A stretch of DNA of 63,479 nt, filler included, from Octopus bimaculoides (taxonomy: Eukaryota), in NCBI RefSeq assembly GCF_001194135.2. It is 6 parts of 6 records of this genome, joined end to end, with 100 filler letters (N's around TTAATTAATTAA, not from the genome) between each part and the next. Parts side by side here need not be neighbours in the genome. Positions count along the whole stretch, not along the records: positions 15,786 to 28,116 come from NC_068987.1; positions 28,217 to 43,325 come from NC_068989.1; 4 more parts are not named here. One strand, given 5' to 3'. Position 1 is the first letter of the stretch. Every line of letters begins with the position of its first letter. The notes under the pieces were generated by a model. That model was given only the letters and a program-made list of their open reading frames with translations. It did not search any database and had not been told where the DNA came from. A program made the position numbers and the translations under genes. Shown piece by piece: positions 26,620 through 40,829 of this stretch.

Positions 26620-27340
26620 TCTTATCATTGATCTTTTAATTGTTTCAGTCATCGGACTGTAGCCATGCTGGGTTACCGTCTTAACCCATTACCTACCAGT
26701 GATCTCATATGAGATCACTTAAAAATTACAAATTTCGTAATTATCTGTCAATATTTACACCTATCTAACCTTTTTGCTATATCTACTAGGTATATTTTTC
26801 TGATATTCAAATGAGGTTTGCTAATTTTTCACCCAATATCTCGCTTATTTCTATTTAAAATGTTATTTAGAAATGTTATTTTGATCATTCCAGCGTGTTT
26901 CTAAGGCTCTTTTATGCTAGAAACCAAAGTTTCATAAAAACATTCCAGTTAATAGAATTATGGAAAGTAATGGGTTAAAGAGTTTTAGTCGAACAAATTG
27001 ACATCAGAACTAAGTTTTGTTTTTGAAGTTTGGTACTTGTCCTATCGGTTCTTCTGCTGAACTGCTAATAGCTTAAGTTATGGGGATGTGAACCAACCAA
27101 CACATATTGTCAAGCGATGGTGGGAGACAAACACAAAAAACACATACATATATAAGCACACACATATTTATGTGCGCGCATAACAAACTTCTTTCAGTTT
27201 TCATTCATCAAATCCATTTATAAGGTTTTGGTCGACCCGGGACAGTAGTAGAAGATACTTTACCAAGATGTCACGCAGAGGGACTGAACACGGAACCATG
27301 CGGTTGGGAAGCAAATTTCTTACCACACAGTTCCCCCTGC
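26620..27340 (-). mobile_element. Composite SINE (tRNA head + microsatellite + 3' tail) interrupted by a piggyBac MITE
   Basis: Flanks of the MITE join to reconstitute the tail seen intact at 58590-58795 and 59550-59765. The head is at 27186-27340. Confidence 0.7.
26685..26974. mobile_element. piggyBac-type MITE (290 bp)
   Basis: TTAA at 26681-26684 and 26975-26978. Ends CCCATTACCTACCA / reverse complement CCCATTACTTTCCA. Confidence 0.85.
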
Positions 27341-28934
27341 ATCTATATATATGTAGTGAATCTTGCAAGCATGAAGTGGATTTGATCCACCATAGCGAAA
27401 TTTAAATTAACAGCTCAACAGAACTTTTCTCACGGTAAAACAATAGTTTTTCACAATGACAGCACTTTTACATTTTCCAGATTACCTTAGCTAGGCCGAA
27501 ATAATGTCTTCACCACTTGACCCTTTCTAACGTCTTCTACTTCACCAAAAGCTAGAACAGAGGTATCACAGTACCGCCAACGAAGCCCATTGTTCTCAAC
27601 GATATGTCTATCCTTCTGGGTAATTATAAAAGCAAGAACTCCAAGCAAAAAGACAAAAAAAAAAGAAAAAAAAACACGGGCGGGTCGAACACGAACCCGA
27701 AAATATGATCACAGAAATTTTTATACGATTCTCGATTTGATTATACCATTTGATTTCATTTTTCCGATATTTCATATTCCGATTTCCATTAAGTCATAAC
27801 TCCCAAACTGTTGTATTTCCCTCGGAAGACTCGCAGAGATAACACAACGAGTTGTCCAATTTAATTATTACATTTATTATTCAATTACATACAAAGAACG
27901 CACTCACCCAATGTTCGTTATGAATAAACAAAAGTCATGTCCGCCATTCTACTACGACAGTCACACAAGACAACAACAATGAAACAATGAACTCAGACGA
28001 ACCATATGGACACACGAGACGTCAGACGAACAACACATCCAACAGTCCATATAACACCTCCCCACTGAAATTGATGCTACACAAGAAATATCAACAGCAA
28101 AGTCTCTCATGGGTTTNNNNNNNNNNNNNNNNNNNNNNNNNNNNNNNNNNNNNNNNNNNNTTAATTAATTAANNNNNNNNNNNNNNNNNNNNNNNNNNNN
28201 NNNNNNNNNNNNNNNNCATCAGTACAGATTACTATAAGACTTTTTGTGTTTTCGTGCGTATTATTATATGTGTGCATGTGTGTTTGTGAACGTGTACGTA
28301 GAATCAAATGCTTACCAATCACATAATCGGTGAAATATCTCAAATCTAAAATGGTTATAGACAAGATTATCTTTAAATCCAATGTTGGTGTCTGCTGAAA
28401 CACTGAAGATATGAAGATGAAAAAACAAAATTGCGTCACGTGTATTTGTGAGAGAAATCAGCAAATTATGACGTCATAATAGACGTGAATCAAATTTTTA
28501 AATAGAAATGAAATTTATCATCTTCTTTTTTTTTTTACCTCCCTTTAATTTTCTGTGCTGGAAGTTCATGAGTGAAATGACGTAACAATAGGCTTTTTTT
28601 TTATTTTAGAAAATAGCCATTTTCATGAAATTACTGAAAAGTATTAAGATATTTGGTTATTATTACAGAGAAAAACTTTATTTAGTTATGAAACAAGCTA
28701 ATAACGATAATCCTTTCAAATCATTGGTACAAGGCCATTAGTTTTGACGAAAGGATACTAGTATTTAGCTGGTACATTATTTTATACATTATAGACGACG
28801 GAACAATAAAAAACAATGTCCGTCTTGGTGGGAGTCTTTTGATTTATCCTACACCTACCTACATACATTCATACATACATACATACATACATAAATACGA
28901 ACGTACATACATACATATATGCATACATACAGAC

Positions 28935-29190
28935 ATGCATACGTACATATGTACGTATGTATCTTTACCTAGATTACAAGTCCAGGTTTATACCTGTAAT
29001 TATAGGGAGTCGGGGATATATAACACCCTGCTTAAATACATACATGCATACATATACATACATACATACATACATACATAAATACATACTTATATATGTA
29101 CGTATGTATCTCTACCTAGATTACAAGTCCAGGTTTATACCTGTAATTATTGGGGGACGGGGATATGTATTACACTGTTTAAATACTAAT
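28935..29190. repeat. Two-copy tandem duplication, 147-bp period
   Basis: agattacaagtccaggtttatacctgtaattat starts at both 28971 and 29118, embedded in (TACA)n. Confidence 0.85.
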
Positions 29191-29400
29191 CTTGAAGAAT
29201 TAGGCTTCTTAAATCCAGAAAGGAGAAAGCTGATTCGAAGACTACAGATCTAAGCCATCACTGGAACTGTAAAAACCTGTATAACTTTCCAGAAGTTTAT
29301 CATTTAAGTATCTATGAGCATATTTAGATATGCGACTATATGCATGAGAATACATACATAACACAAAGCCTACAAAACTGCGCATACGTACGTATATATA

Positions 29401-30207
29401 CGGGGTCTGATTAATAAGTATCCGGACTGTGATCATAGTAACGAAGTTATAGCACGCAGAGTTAAGCCACTAGGCACAGATTGACCTTAAACTCTGCTGT
29501 GCATGTGCACTGAGATTTAACGTTCTAGGTCACTTCTGTGTTTACAGCCGTTCTTGGAAGGAAGGTGTGTAGCGTATGATCGTCGCATTGATGTCATGGT
29601 GATACCTGTTCAGAGTATGATCGTCGCAAAGATGTCATGGCGATACCTGCTCAGAGACTTGCGCAAATGTGCAGTAAGTGTATGGGGAGGAGTATATGAG
29701 CCGCACACAAGTGTGCGAGTGGTTCAGACGTTTCCAAAATGGCCGAAAAATGGCGATATGGACGAATGTTCTGAGAGAACCGCAACCAGCAGAACTGACA
29801 AAAATATCGCAGATGTGCGTGCAGCTATGAGGGCAAAACGTCGAATCACTAAACATGAGTTATTAGAGGATCAGCAGATTAGTTACGGTTCAGTTCAGTC
29901 CTTTATCACTGACGATTTGAGTATGAGACGCGTGTCTACCAAGTTTGTGCCAAAACTGCTTTCAGCTGACCGGAAAGACACTTGGGTTTCAGTTGCACAA
30001 GATCTCCTTGATTGTTTCGAGAACGATGAAAACAATTTGAAAACTTTACGTAGGCCTCTGAGCAGGTTTCGCTAAGCTTTTAGCAAAATTTGATGCAGAT
30101 TCTCTGCTGAACTTTCTCTGTCATGGTCAATGCGGTGATCATACGCTACACACCTTCCATCCAAGTCTCTGCCAAGCGGCTTTCCTCTGCGTATTGATCA
30201 TATCACG
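29401..30207 (+). mobile_element. Non-autonomous mariner derivative with two 5' ends (palindromic rearrangement)
   Basis: TA at both flanks, with mariner-type terminus cggggtctgattaataagtatccggact. The plus strand encodes a degraded transposase N-terminus (YGEEYMSRTQVCEWFRRF...RRVSTKFVPKLLS...). The right ~160 bp is an inverted 5' end reading MTEKVQQRICIKFC*KLSETCSEAY on the minus strand. Confidence 0.85.
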
Positions 30208-31924
30208 TATACATGCATACATACATACATACATACATGTATCATTATATCATTTTAACTAAGTCGCACTGCTTAAAGAGTGAGTTTACAGTCAATTGAA
30301 TAAACTCCAGTATTTGACAGTTGTTCTGCTGTCACAATTTATTGTAAGAACAGCTCATGAGAGCGTCTAGCAGGTAGCGTGTACGGGTTCCCTTGAATAT
30401 CAGGTTATTTCGAAACATTTATATACATACATACATACATATTTGAAAATAATATGTATTCTTGTTTTTATACTATTCATTTGATTCTTTATAGATTATT
30501 TTAATAGATAACTTATTTAACACTATATTATTTAGAAGTTATAGTTTCATTTCAACATAATATTAGAACTTCGATTGGAATAGTGTTGATATATTTTCGA
30601 TTATTTTTGATTAATATTATTTGATTAATTACTAATCTTTATAGTTTATAATATCGTTAAAGTTTTTTTTAAATCAAAACTTTGTATATATATATAAAGT
30701 TTAACCTTTTATTCTTAATAATTTTTTCTTTCCTAATTTTTTCATTCATAATTTTTTCCATTCATAANNNNNNNNNNNNNNNNNNNNNNNNNNNNNNNNN
30801 NNNNNNNNNNNNNNNNNNNNNNNNNNNNNNNNNNNNNNNNNNNNNNNNNNNNNNNNNNNNNNNNNNNNNNNNNNNNNNNNNNNNNNNNNNNNNNNNNNNN
30901 NNNNNNNNNNNNNNNNNNNNNNNNNNNNNNNNNNNNNNNNNNNNNNNNNNNNNNNNNNNNNNNNNNNNNNNNNNNNNNNNNNNNNNNNNNNNNNNNNNNN
31001 NNNNNNNNNNNNNNNNNNNNNNNNNNNNNNNNNNNNNNNNNNNNNNNNNNNNNNNNNNNNNNNNNNNNNNNNNNNNNNNNNNNNNNNNNNNNNNNNNNNN
31101 NNNNNNNNNNNNNNNNNNNNNNNNNNNNNNNNNNNNNNNNNNNNNNNNNNNNNNNNNNNNNNNNNNNNNNNNNNNNNNNNNNNNNNNNNNNNNNNNNNNN
31201 NNNNNNNNNNNNNNNNNNNNNNNNNNNNNNNNNNNNNNNNNNNNNNNNNNNNNNNNNNNNNNNNNNNNNNNNNNNNNNNNNNNNNNNNNNNNNNNNNNNN
31301 NNNNNNNNNNNNNNNNNNNNNNNNNNNNNNNNNNNNNNNNNNNNNNNNNNNNNNNNNNNNNNNNNNNNNNNNNNNNNNNNNNNNNNNNNNNNNNNNNNNN
31401 NNNNNNNNNNNNNNNNNNNNNNNNNNNNNNNNNNNNNNNNNNNNNNNNNNNNNNNNNNNNNNNNNNNNNNNNNNNNNNNNNNNNNNNNNNNNNNNNNNNN
31501 NNNNNNNNNNNNNNNNNNNNNNNNNNNNNNNNNNNNNNNNNNNNNNNNNNNNNNNNNNNNNNNNNNNNNNNNNNNNNNATATATACTAGTAGCTAAGTCC
31601 GGTTTCACCCAGTCGGTTTGGATGATGTGGCAGTAAAACATGCTCTGTGTAAGCATTCGACTTGTTTGGGCACGCTTACGTTAAAAAAACAATTTTAGAA
31701 TGACTTCTTTCTGTCAAAACGCTAAAAATAACTGACGAACAAAACAAAACCAACCAAGATTCAACCAAATCAAAAAATAAACACGAATACTAAGCGAACA
31801 AAGATGAACCATACCTCTTCCATTGCGCACACACACACAAACACACACACACACATACACGCACAAACACCCACACACATTAACATACCCCCTTTTACAT
31901 ATACACACATATATTCACACAGAG

Positions 31925-32196
31925 TATCCGAGCACTGGGTTCGTTGTTTCCATCCAGTCTCTTCGGCTGATGTTTGTGCCGAAAGTGACTTTGGAGTCCA
32001 AGTCGGTGGTGAAAGAGTCGTGGACAGATTTCGCATGGGATGATCGGTGCAGGTCGAGGACGTTGAAGACGCTCCTTCCTTCTCCTACGTTTTACCTCCT
32101 CATTCTGTTGTCTATTCTGCTCGAAGGAAGTGGCTCCACTGCGGATAGCAGTCCTCAAGACTGTCCTTTCCATGGCAATCTGTTCCCAGTTAGTAG
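31925..32196 (-). mobile_element. RTE/BovB-type LINE 3' end with C-terminal C2H2-like finger
   Basis: NWEQIAMERTVLRTAIRSGATSFEQNR...KRRRRKER...PCEICPRLFHHRLGLQSHFRH matches the RTE-clade ORF2 C-terminus pattern. Confidence 0.8.
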
Positions 32197-33315
32197 TTTT
32201 GTGGGAATTTTCAAAAGTAATATAATATATAGTAAATTAGTAATTATAATATATAGCTATTTTCGATTCTTCGATCGTTGTGTTACAGCTTGCGCCATCT
32301 GTATCTACTATGTATTTTAACGTGTACTATCAAACGCTACTTTCCTCTCCATTGGTGATATTTAATTAAATTTCAGTTGCGTATTGTTTGTATTTCAGTA
32401 ACATTGGGTTTCTTTTCTGCATTGTTTCTGCTGAATTACCGAGTGGCATGGAACTCTCATTCTTTGTGTCTCTTTCTCCGATGTGGATTCATCTTATATC
32501 TCAGATAAAAATTGCTGAAGATAAAAAAAAACAAACTATTTATTTATATGAATGTATTTTAAATCCGATCATTATTGAAACACGTGTACGACAGTAATTT
32601 AAATAAATCCTTTCAAATACATACATGCACACACACACACACATATATATGTGCGCGTGAGTATATGCATATATTTATATATGTGTGCGTGTGTGTGTGT
32701 ACATACATATATATCTGTATGTATCGTATTTTTGTATGTGTATATATATATATATATATATATACATACATACATTTATGTATTTATGTATGTATGCATA
32801 TATATATATATATATATATANNNNNNNNNNNNNNNNNNNNNNNNNNNNNNNNNNNNNNNNNNNNNNNNNNNNNNNNNNNNNNNNNNNNNNNNNNNNNNNN
32901 NNNNNNNNNNNNNNNNNNNNNNNNNNNNNNNNNNNNNNNNNNNNNNNNNNNNNNNNNNNNNNNNNNNNNNNNNNNNNNNNNNNNNNNNNNNNNNNNNNNN
33001 NNNNNNNNNNNNNNNNNNNNNNNNNNNNNNNNNNNNNNNNNNNNNNNNNNNNNNNNNNNNNNNNNNNNNNNNNNNNNNNNNNNNNNNNNNNNNNNNNNNN
33101 NNNNNNNNNNNNNNNNNNNNNNNNNNNNNNNNNNNNNNNNNNNNNNNNNNNNNNNNNNNNNNNNNNNNNNNNNNNNNNNNNNNNNNNNNNNNNNNNNNNN
33201 NNNNNNNNNNNNNNNNNNNNNNNNNNNNNNNNNNNNNNNNNNNNNNNNNNNNNNNNNNNNNNNNNNNNNNNNNNNNNNNNNNNNNNNNNNNNNNNNNNNN
33301 NNNNNNNNNNNNNNC

Positions 33316-33620
33316 GGTTACGACGACGAGCATTCTAGTTGATCCGATCAAGGGAACAGCCTCCTCCTGCAAGTGGCTGAGCACACTACAGGTACGAGTA
33401 CCCTTAATGTGGTTCTCAGAGAGACTTAGTGGGACACAGAATGTGACATGGCCAGTCCTTTGAATTACAGGTACTACTCATTTTTGCCAGCTGAGTGAAC
33501 TGGAGCAACGTGGAATAAATTGTCTTGCTCAAGGAAGCAACAATGCGCCGCCGGATTTCGAACTCACGAACTTACAGTCATGTGACGAATACGCTAACCA
33601 CTAAGTCTAACACCTTCATG
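33316..33620 (-). mobile_element. tRNA-derived SINE, same family as 16972-17356
   Basis: Shares the reverse complement of the gtacctgtaattcaaagg core and the gcaagtggctgagcac segment. Confidence 0.75.
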
Positions 33621-33628
33621 CGTATATA

Positions 33629-33665
<37 letters not shown>

Positions 33666-34085
33666 ATATGCATATGCATTATATATTTCTAACATACATA
33701 CATACATACATACATACATACATACATACATACGTACGTACATACATACATACATTCATACATATATACATAGAAACGTAATATATATAATGATACATAT
33801 ATATTATAGATATGCAAATATATAAACATAAACATTCACACATATATACACATATATATACAAATACACAGACACACACACACACACACACACANNNNNN
33901 NNNNAGCCTATCTATTAATCTCCGATGCCTGAAACGGGACTGCAGATGGCCCCTTATCACGTCATCTCTGTTGGCTGTCCTGTCCAGAGACACAACTGCA
34001 GGTCCTCCTAGCCATCCAAGTGTCATATTGATGCGATCCACTCATCTAGATGCAGGGCAATGCTTCACAGTTTTCATGAGGTACT

Positions 34086-34125
<40 letters not shown>

Positions 34126-34126
34126 C

Positions 34127-34182
<56 letters not shown>

Positions 34183-34270
34183 AAGCAGTAGTAGTAGTAG
34201 TAGTAGCAGCAGCAGCAGTACTAGTAGTAGTAGTAGTAAAAGCAGCAGTACTAGTAGTAGTAGTAGTAAA

Positions 34271-34313
<43 letters not shown>

Positions 34314-34360
34314 ATAGTAGTAGTAGTAGAAGCAGCAGCATCACCAGTAGCAGTAGTAGT
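34086..34360. repeat. Long (AGT)n/(AGC)n trinucleotide microsatellite
   Basis: Directly visible; it is the source of the poly-S/L/T ORFs. Confidence 0.95.
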
Positions 34361-37300
34361 ACATAATGCGTATGTAAGGTGTGTTTCTGTGCATGCATGT
34401 GTATGCATGAGTGTGTTTGTGTGTGCATGTGTTTGTGTGTGTGTACGTGTGTGAGTGTGTTAGTATCTGTGTTTGTGTGTGTGCGTGCGTGAACGTGTGT
34501 GAGCGTGCGTTTATATGTGTGTGTATGTGTGTTCGTTTGTGAGTGCACGCATACTGGTATGGCTGAGTACTTTGAGAGTCTGCCTCGTGCAAGTAGTGTT
34601 CTGGGTTCGATCATAGTTCGTGACATCGTGCAGAAGTAACTTTTACATAGCCAAGAGTCGATCCAAGTCATGTGAGTTATGCTGATTTCGCAGAAGCCAT
34701 ATGGAAACTCGTCAGATTGTCCCTAAAATTGTATTGGTTATGATAAAAAAAAAATCATTCCATCCCTTATTTTTCTATTTGCATTATCCAAAGTGCCCAT
34801 TTTTATGAACACGTGGTTTGATTCGTGAGAAATTTTGCAGATGTTTCTAGCAGAGAACCACTCTTATTCGTTTGCAAGCACAAATGTACGTGATATACTC
34901 AACCGTTTACACTTCAATTTAATGAATAGATTGTACACTTGATCTATAAACTAGCACACTTGTCGTCGAAATAGTCGAAGGTGCCTCATTTAATGTTTAT
35001 TCAACAAGGGAAAGGTAGCACCCAAGACCTTTTATTTTCAAGGATCCGAGACAGGTGTAAAAGAAAGAAGGATATTTTACTCACACCGGAGACATGGTTT
35101 AAATGCAGGGGAATAGATAACTGTTAAGTTATCCAATGTACCAGGTCAGGTGGTGGTGTTAAACATTGTAACATGTATGTGTATGTGTAATCTGGATCTC
35201 GACTGAAGACCTGTCCGTGTTTTCTTTGTATCGTCTATCTGGATGTTTTATCTCATTCTATATACATATATATATAAATANNNNNNNNNNNNNNNNNNNN
35301 NNNNNNNNNNNNNNNNNNNNNNNNNNNNNNNNNNNNNNNNNNNNNNNNNNNNNNNNNNNNNNNNNNNNNNNNNNNNNNNNNNNNNNNNNNNNNNNNNNNN
35401 NNNNNNNNNNNNNNNNNNNNNNNNNNNNNNNNNNNNNNNNNNNNNNNNNNNNNNNNNNNNNNNNNNNNNNNNNNNNNNNNNNNNNNNNNNNNNNNNNNNN
35501 NNNNNNNNNNNNNNNNNNNNNNNNNNNNNNNNNNNNNNNNNNNNNNNNAAAACACCAGATGACCTCTTTCTAGCATATTGGATGTCCACCTAGTGCTCAT
35601 CCCTTCTTATACGCATATAATACAATTTTTCTGAATTATCAGATCTTTATATACTAGACCACTGGTTTTAAATTGAAATTAATATTCAATTTATCACCCT
35701 CGGTATATATCTATATATATAAACATACATATATATATATTTATCAAACAATAAGCAACACGGATTTCAAAAGTGATTGCAGTACGCACGTTTCATGCTA
35801 CTTCAATTTATTTAAGTAATGTGAGCATTACCTTAAATGCAATATGAAGAGCAATCTTCAGCTGCACGATAAAATGCAGAAAAAAAGCCTCGGGTGATAG
35901 TCCGAGGCTAAAGTACTAGCCTGATAGACCCTGCTATGTCAAGATGGACTCATATATTCTTCCTCACATTTGGATTTTATGTATGCTCTCTCCCACTTGG
36001 TTTTAATATGTTGCCACATTTATAATATGTCTTTTTTCTGCATTTTTTCGTGNNNNNNNNNNNNNNNNNNNNNNNNNNNNNNNNNNNNNNNNNNNNNNNN
36101 NNNNNNNNNNNNNNNNNNNNNNNNNNNNNNNNNNNNNNNNNNNNNNNNNNNNNNNNNNNNNNNNNNNNNNNNNNNNNNNNNNNNNNNNNNNNNNNNNNNN
36201 NNNNNNNNNNNNNNNNNNNNNNNNNNNNNNNNNNNNNNNNNNNNNNNNNNNNNNNNNNNNNNNNNNNNNNNNNNNNNNNNNNNNNNNNNNNNNNNNNNNN
36301 NNNNNNNNNNNNNNNNNNNNNNNNNNNNNNNNNNNNNNNNNNNNNNNNNNNNNNNNNNNNNNNNNNNNNNNNNNNNNNNNNNNNNNNNNNNNNNNNNNNN
36401 NNNNNNNNNNNNNNNNNNNNNNNNNNNNNNNNNNNNNNNNNNNNNNNNNNNNNNNNNNNNNNNNNNNNNNNNNNNNNNNNNNNNNNNNNNNNNNNNNNNN
36501 NNNNNNNNNNNNNNNNNNNNNNNNNNNNNNNNNNNNNNNNNNNNNNNNNNNNNNNNNNNNNNNNNNNNNNNNNNNNNNNNNNNNNNNNNNNNNNNNNNNN
36601 NNNNNNNNNNNNNNNNNNNNNNNNNNNNNNNNNNNNNNNNNNNNNNNNNNNNNNNNNNNNNNNNNNNNNNNNNNNNNNNNNNNNNNTGTAGGAAACCAGG
36701 TACGTTTTCCCTGAGGGGCGTCAACAGATAGTGAAGCAGCTCACCAGGAGATTACACCTCTCACTTCTGCAGATCAAAGCCATAGAAGGAACGTATTTAA
36801 ACATTTATAAATCTCTCACAGCCAGGTAAAACTGTACATGTCATTCAGTAAATAAAACTGGGTTCATGTAATTCAGATTAGATTTAATTCAGATCATCTT
36901 GTAGGTTAAATATATAAATTACAATAATTTTTAAAAGAGAAACAGTGTTCTATTCATAGTCAATATTATAATCGGAATAATGTCACTGAAAACTGTGTGT
37001 TTAGACTGTCGCAAATTCCTGGAATTAACGACTGTTTATTTCGCTCCAGTTAGAATTCTTAGAGTAAATTTTAATTATTCTTGTGTTAAGATAGGAAGAA
37101 TGTATTGTCTTAAGGCTACATAAATTTATTTTTGTGGATAATGATGGAGGAATTTAAATACCATCCGTCTTGGTCAGTGTTTGCACTCTTAACGTATATG
37201 AATGAGACTAAACTTAGAAAGCAAATGTAATCCAGCAAACTACCATTCCTTCACTATAGTGGCCTTATGTAAAGAATATAAGGTTGAGGTATGTGGGAAT

Positions 37301-38056
37301 AGTACTTTCTATACTTTATCGTCTCTGTTTAGTTAAGTTGGATAAGATTAATAGGAATCAAAAATATTTCCAAACTATTGCCGTTTAAACAGGGATTGTA
37401 CTTATTTTGTCTCTAGTTACTGCAATGGAATTAATATATTTTATTGTTTTATTGTTTATTTCAGTTTTGTCCGTGTTTTCATCGTAGTAAGCAGCATTGA
37501 TTATATATGTATAACACGCAGAAATCTAGACAACAATCTTATGCTTCTTTCCGTCTCTCTACGTGGCATTTCTCCGACTGACCAAGAGAATAGAAGAAAT
37601 TTTAGCCAAGCAAATTCAACGTCAAATGCGATGCCATTAACGGATAATCCGTTCTAGGTCAAGTAATGGCTTCAACAGAAGAAAGAGGAGCAAAGAAGAA
37701 TTATATGTTAAGAAAGATAATATGAAGGAAAAGGAGAAAAAAAAAACTAAACAAAACAGGAAACAGAAACTGACAAAGAGACGGTCGATCATGAGATATT
37801 ATGCTTAGCGGTAAAATGGCGGGCGTTATTAAGAGGTGAACGATGAGTAAAAAGTACTAAAATAAAAACGTGAAAATAAAGAAATAAAAACCACTAGTAA
37901 TGAGTGATGAAAATGTGACTAAACTAAACTGTGTGCTTTGTTATTAAGTTTGGCGGTGGTATAAGGTGAACAATATGTGATAAAACATATAACTGCTGAT
38001 TGGAAAGGTCAAATCAGAGAAAAATCCGTGGATTAGTCAAGGAAGAAAACGAATAT

Positions 38057-38107
<51 letters not shown>

Positions 38108-39099
38108 TAGATAGATCTGGCAAGAGACAGGCAATAATGCATCAGTGAAATTATTTTGTGTTCATATAAATAAAATCATATTTAGAATATTATTCCACGA
38201 ATGGTCAGTGAAGAGATCTTCGTACCTGACGAACTGGCCAAAACAAAAGTATTTTTAATTTTCAATAAATCACGTTCAGCTAACTGAACATGCATTATCT
38301 AAATTTCTGCATGAGTGTAGAACATTGTCGAAGTAAAAAGATGCGCTTATTGGAAATCTTACTGGAGATGGTTCATTTCTGGTTTAAGACTAATGATTTA
38401 ACATTTGACTTAATAAAAGAATGAAGGCTGCGAGTCGAACCAAATGCTTAGCAGCATTTCTTATGAGTTCAAATCCCGCCTAGGTAAAAATGTGCATTTC
38501 ACCCTTTCGAGAGTGATAAAATAAAGGACCAGTCAGGTACTGAGGTCGATGTAATCTTCTAATTCCCACCCACAAAATTTCAGGCATTGTGCCTCTAGTA
38601 GAAATAATTTAGTGAAGGAATGATAGCTTGCTGGACAGAATTTGCTTTCTAAGTATAGTCTCATTCAGATACGTCAAGAATGTAAACACTCTCCAAAATA
38701 AATTTATGTAGCCTTAAAACAATATGTTCTTCCTATCCCAACACAAAGAATAACTAAAATGAAACATATATATGCTTGTGTGTGTGTGTGTTTGTGTGTA
38801 CGCATGTATGCATTTGAAACGCTGTCGCCTTACCTTCTAAAAGATGATACACAATTTCAGATACCACGGAAGCGTATATTTTATTGTGTTACATTTAGAT
38901 TGGTTTATATGTTTAAAATACTTGGGCTTTATGCATTATAGTGCGTAATCGGACTGTAAAATTTTATAATGCTTTATATATTTCAAATTTTCTAAAGATT
39001 AATAGTCTTTCATAATATCTGAATATTTTAGAAGTATATACAAATTTAGATTTGAAATCGTGAAAAAAAATAAACAAAATAAAATTGTCTTCCCGAAGC

Positions 39100-39267
39100 G
39101 TAGGCGTGACTGTATGGGTAAGCCGTTTGCTTCCCAACTAAATGATTTCCGGTTCAGTCCCATTGCATGGCACCCTGGGCAAATATCTTCTGCTGTAGCC
39201 CCAGACTGACCAAAGCCTTGTGAGAAGATTTTGTTGACGGAAACTGAAAGAAGTCTGTCATTTGTAT

Positions 39268-39302
<35 letters not shown>

Positions 39303-39400
39303 CTACAAGACACTTGCCCAAGGTGCCACACAGTGGGAATGAACCCTGAGCCATGTGGTTAAGAACAAAGCTTCTTACCACACACCCACTCCTGTGCCTA
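39100..39400. mobile_element. Two SINE copies of the gtcccactg family in inverted orientation
   Basis: 39100-39262 (+) and 39308-39400 (-), separated by a (TA)-rich spacer. Confidence 0.75.
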
Positions 39401-39917
39401 TTTATATATGTACTAGTATTTTAACCTAATTTCATTCTTCAGGTCTACTCGGGCCATATTTTAAAGATGAGGAATTTTGCTCTAGAGGCCACGCCTTTTA
39501 ATTGAGCAAACTCAAAGCTGCCATGCAAACACCCCTCCCGACCACGTTTAACATAGGTGTGCAAATTTTCAGGTCAATCCGACCACATTTACTAACACTT
39601 TTGCCTGCACAAACTGCTTGTGAGACAACATACGCCCTTTTCACAAATGCATAGCAGATATATAGTTAATAAAGAACATATATCAGAAAGAAGCACACTC
39701 TAAAGAGCAGGGCAGTTATCATTTCAACTAAAATTTTATATCTTGGACATAGAGTTACCCAAGGTTTCTCATCCACAAAGCAAAGACATGCGGCCAGCTC
39801 GTTAAACTCTGTATATGTACAAAATTAAAATTATCCTCACGTCTGCGACTTAGATAATTTAACTTTTGTATTTATATAGAGTCTGACGAGTTGTCCACAA
39901 GACTTTGCTTTTTAAAC

Positions 39918-40250
39918 GTTAGCACGCCGGGCGAAATGCATAGCGATAATGCGTCTATCTTTACGTTCTGAGTTCAAATTCCGCCGAGGTCGATTTTGGC
40001 TTTTATTCTTTCGGGGTCGATAAATTAAGTACCAGTTGTGTACTAGGGTCGATTTAATCGACTGGTCCCCTCCCCCAAAATTTCGGGCCTTGTGCCGAGG
40101 ATAGAAAAGGATATTGCGCCTGTCTTTACGTTCTGAGTTTAATTCTGCCGAGGTCGATTTTGGCTTTCATTCTTTCAGGGTCGATAAATTAAGTACCAGT
40201 TGCGTACTTGGGGTCGATCTAACCGACTGGCCCCATCCCAGGGCCTTGTT
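39918..40250 (+). mobile_element. SINE (gcctttcatcc-core family) followed by a tandem partial copy
   Basis: ctttacgttctgag...ggggtcgataaattaagtaccagtt occurs twice (~39960 and ~40125). Confidence 0.85.
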
Positions 40251-40829
40251 AACACACACACACACACATATATATANNNNNNNNNNNNNNNNNNNNNNNN
40301 NNNNNNNNNNNNNNNNNNNNNNNNNNNNNNNNNNNNNNNNNNNNNNNNNNNNNNNNNNNNNNNNNNNNNNNNNNNNNNNNNNNNNNNNNNNNNNNNNNNN
40401 NNNNNNNNNNNNNNNNNNNNNNNNNNNNNNNNNNNNNNNNNNNNNNNNNNNNNNNNNNNNNNNNNNNNNNNNNNNNNNNNNNNNNNNNNNNNNNNNNNNN
40501 NNNNNNNNNNAAGACACCGCTGGAATAAATCCCGGGATTACAAAAATAAAAGTACTGGGGCCAATTTGTTTGGCTAAACCCATCAAGGCGGTGGCCCAGC
40601 ATATATGTTCTTTTCTAAAACTGACGGAAGGTGATTTAAGAATTTGCTGCCATTACTAGGAGGCCGATTGAGCAGTCAAATGTTCTCTTGCTGGCCCTGT
40701 CACTTGAATAGCGGTGATGATTTTATAAGTATTTTTTTTGTTGCCTGGGACTAATAAGGTCGGTTACTCGGTTTCCCAGATCAAGCTCACAGTGTTTCTC
40801 TTGAAAAGGACGTCGGTGTTTTGCAAGGT

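Noticed and set aside
34670-34720. CTGACGA...GAAA on the minus strand
   Set aside because: No stem I and no self-complementary stem III.
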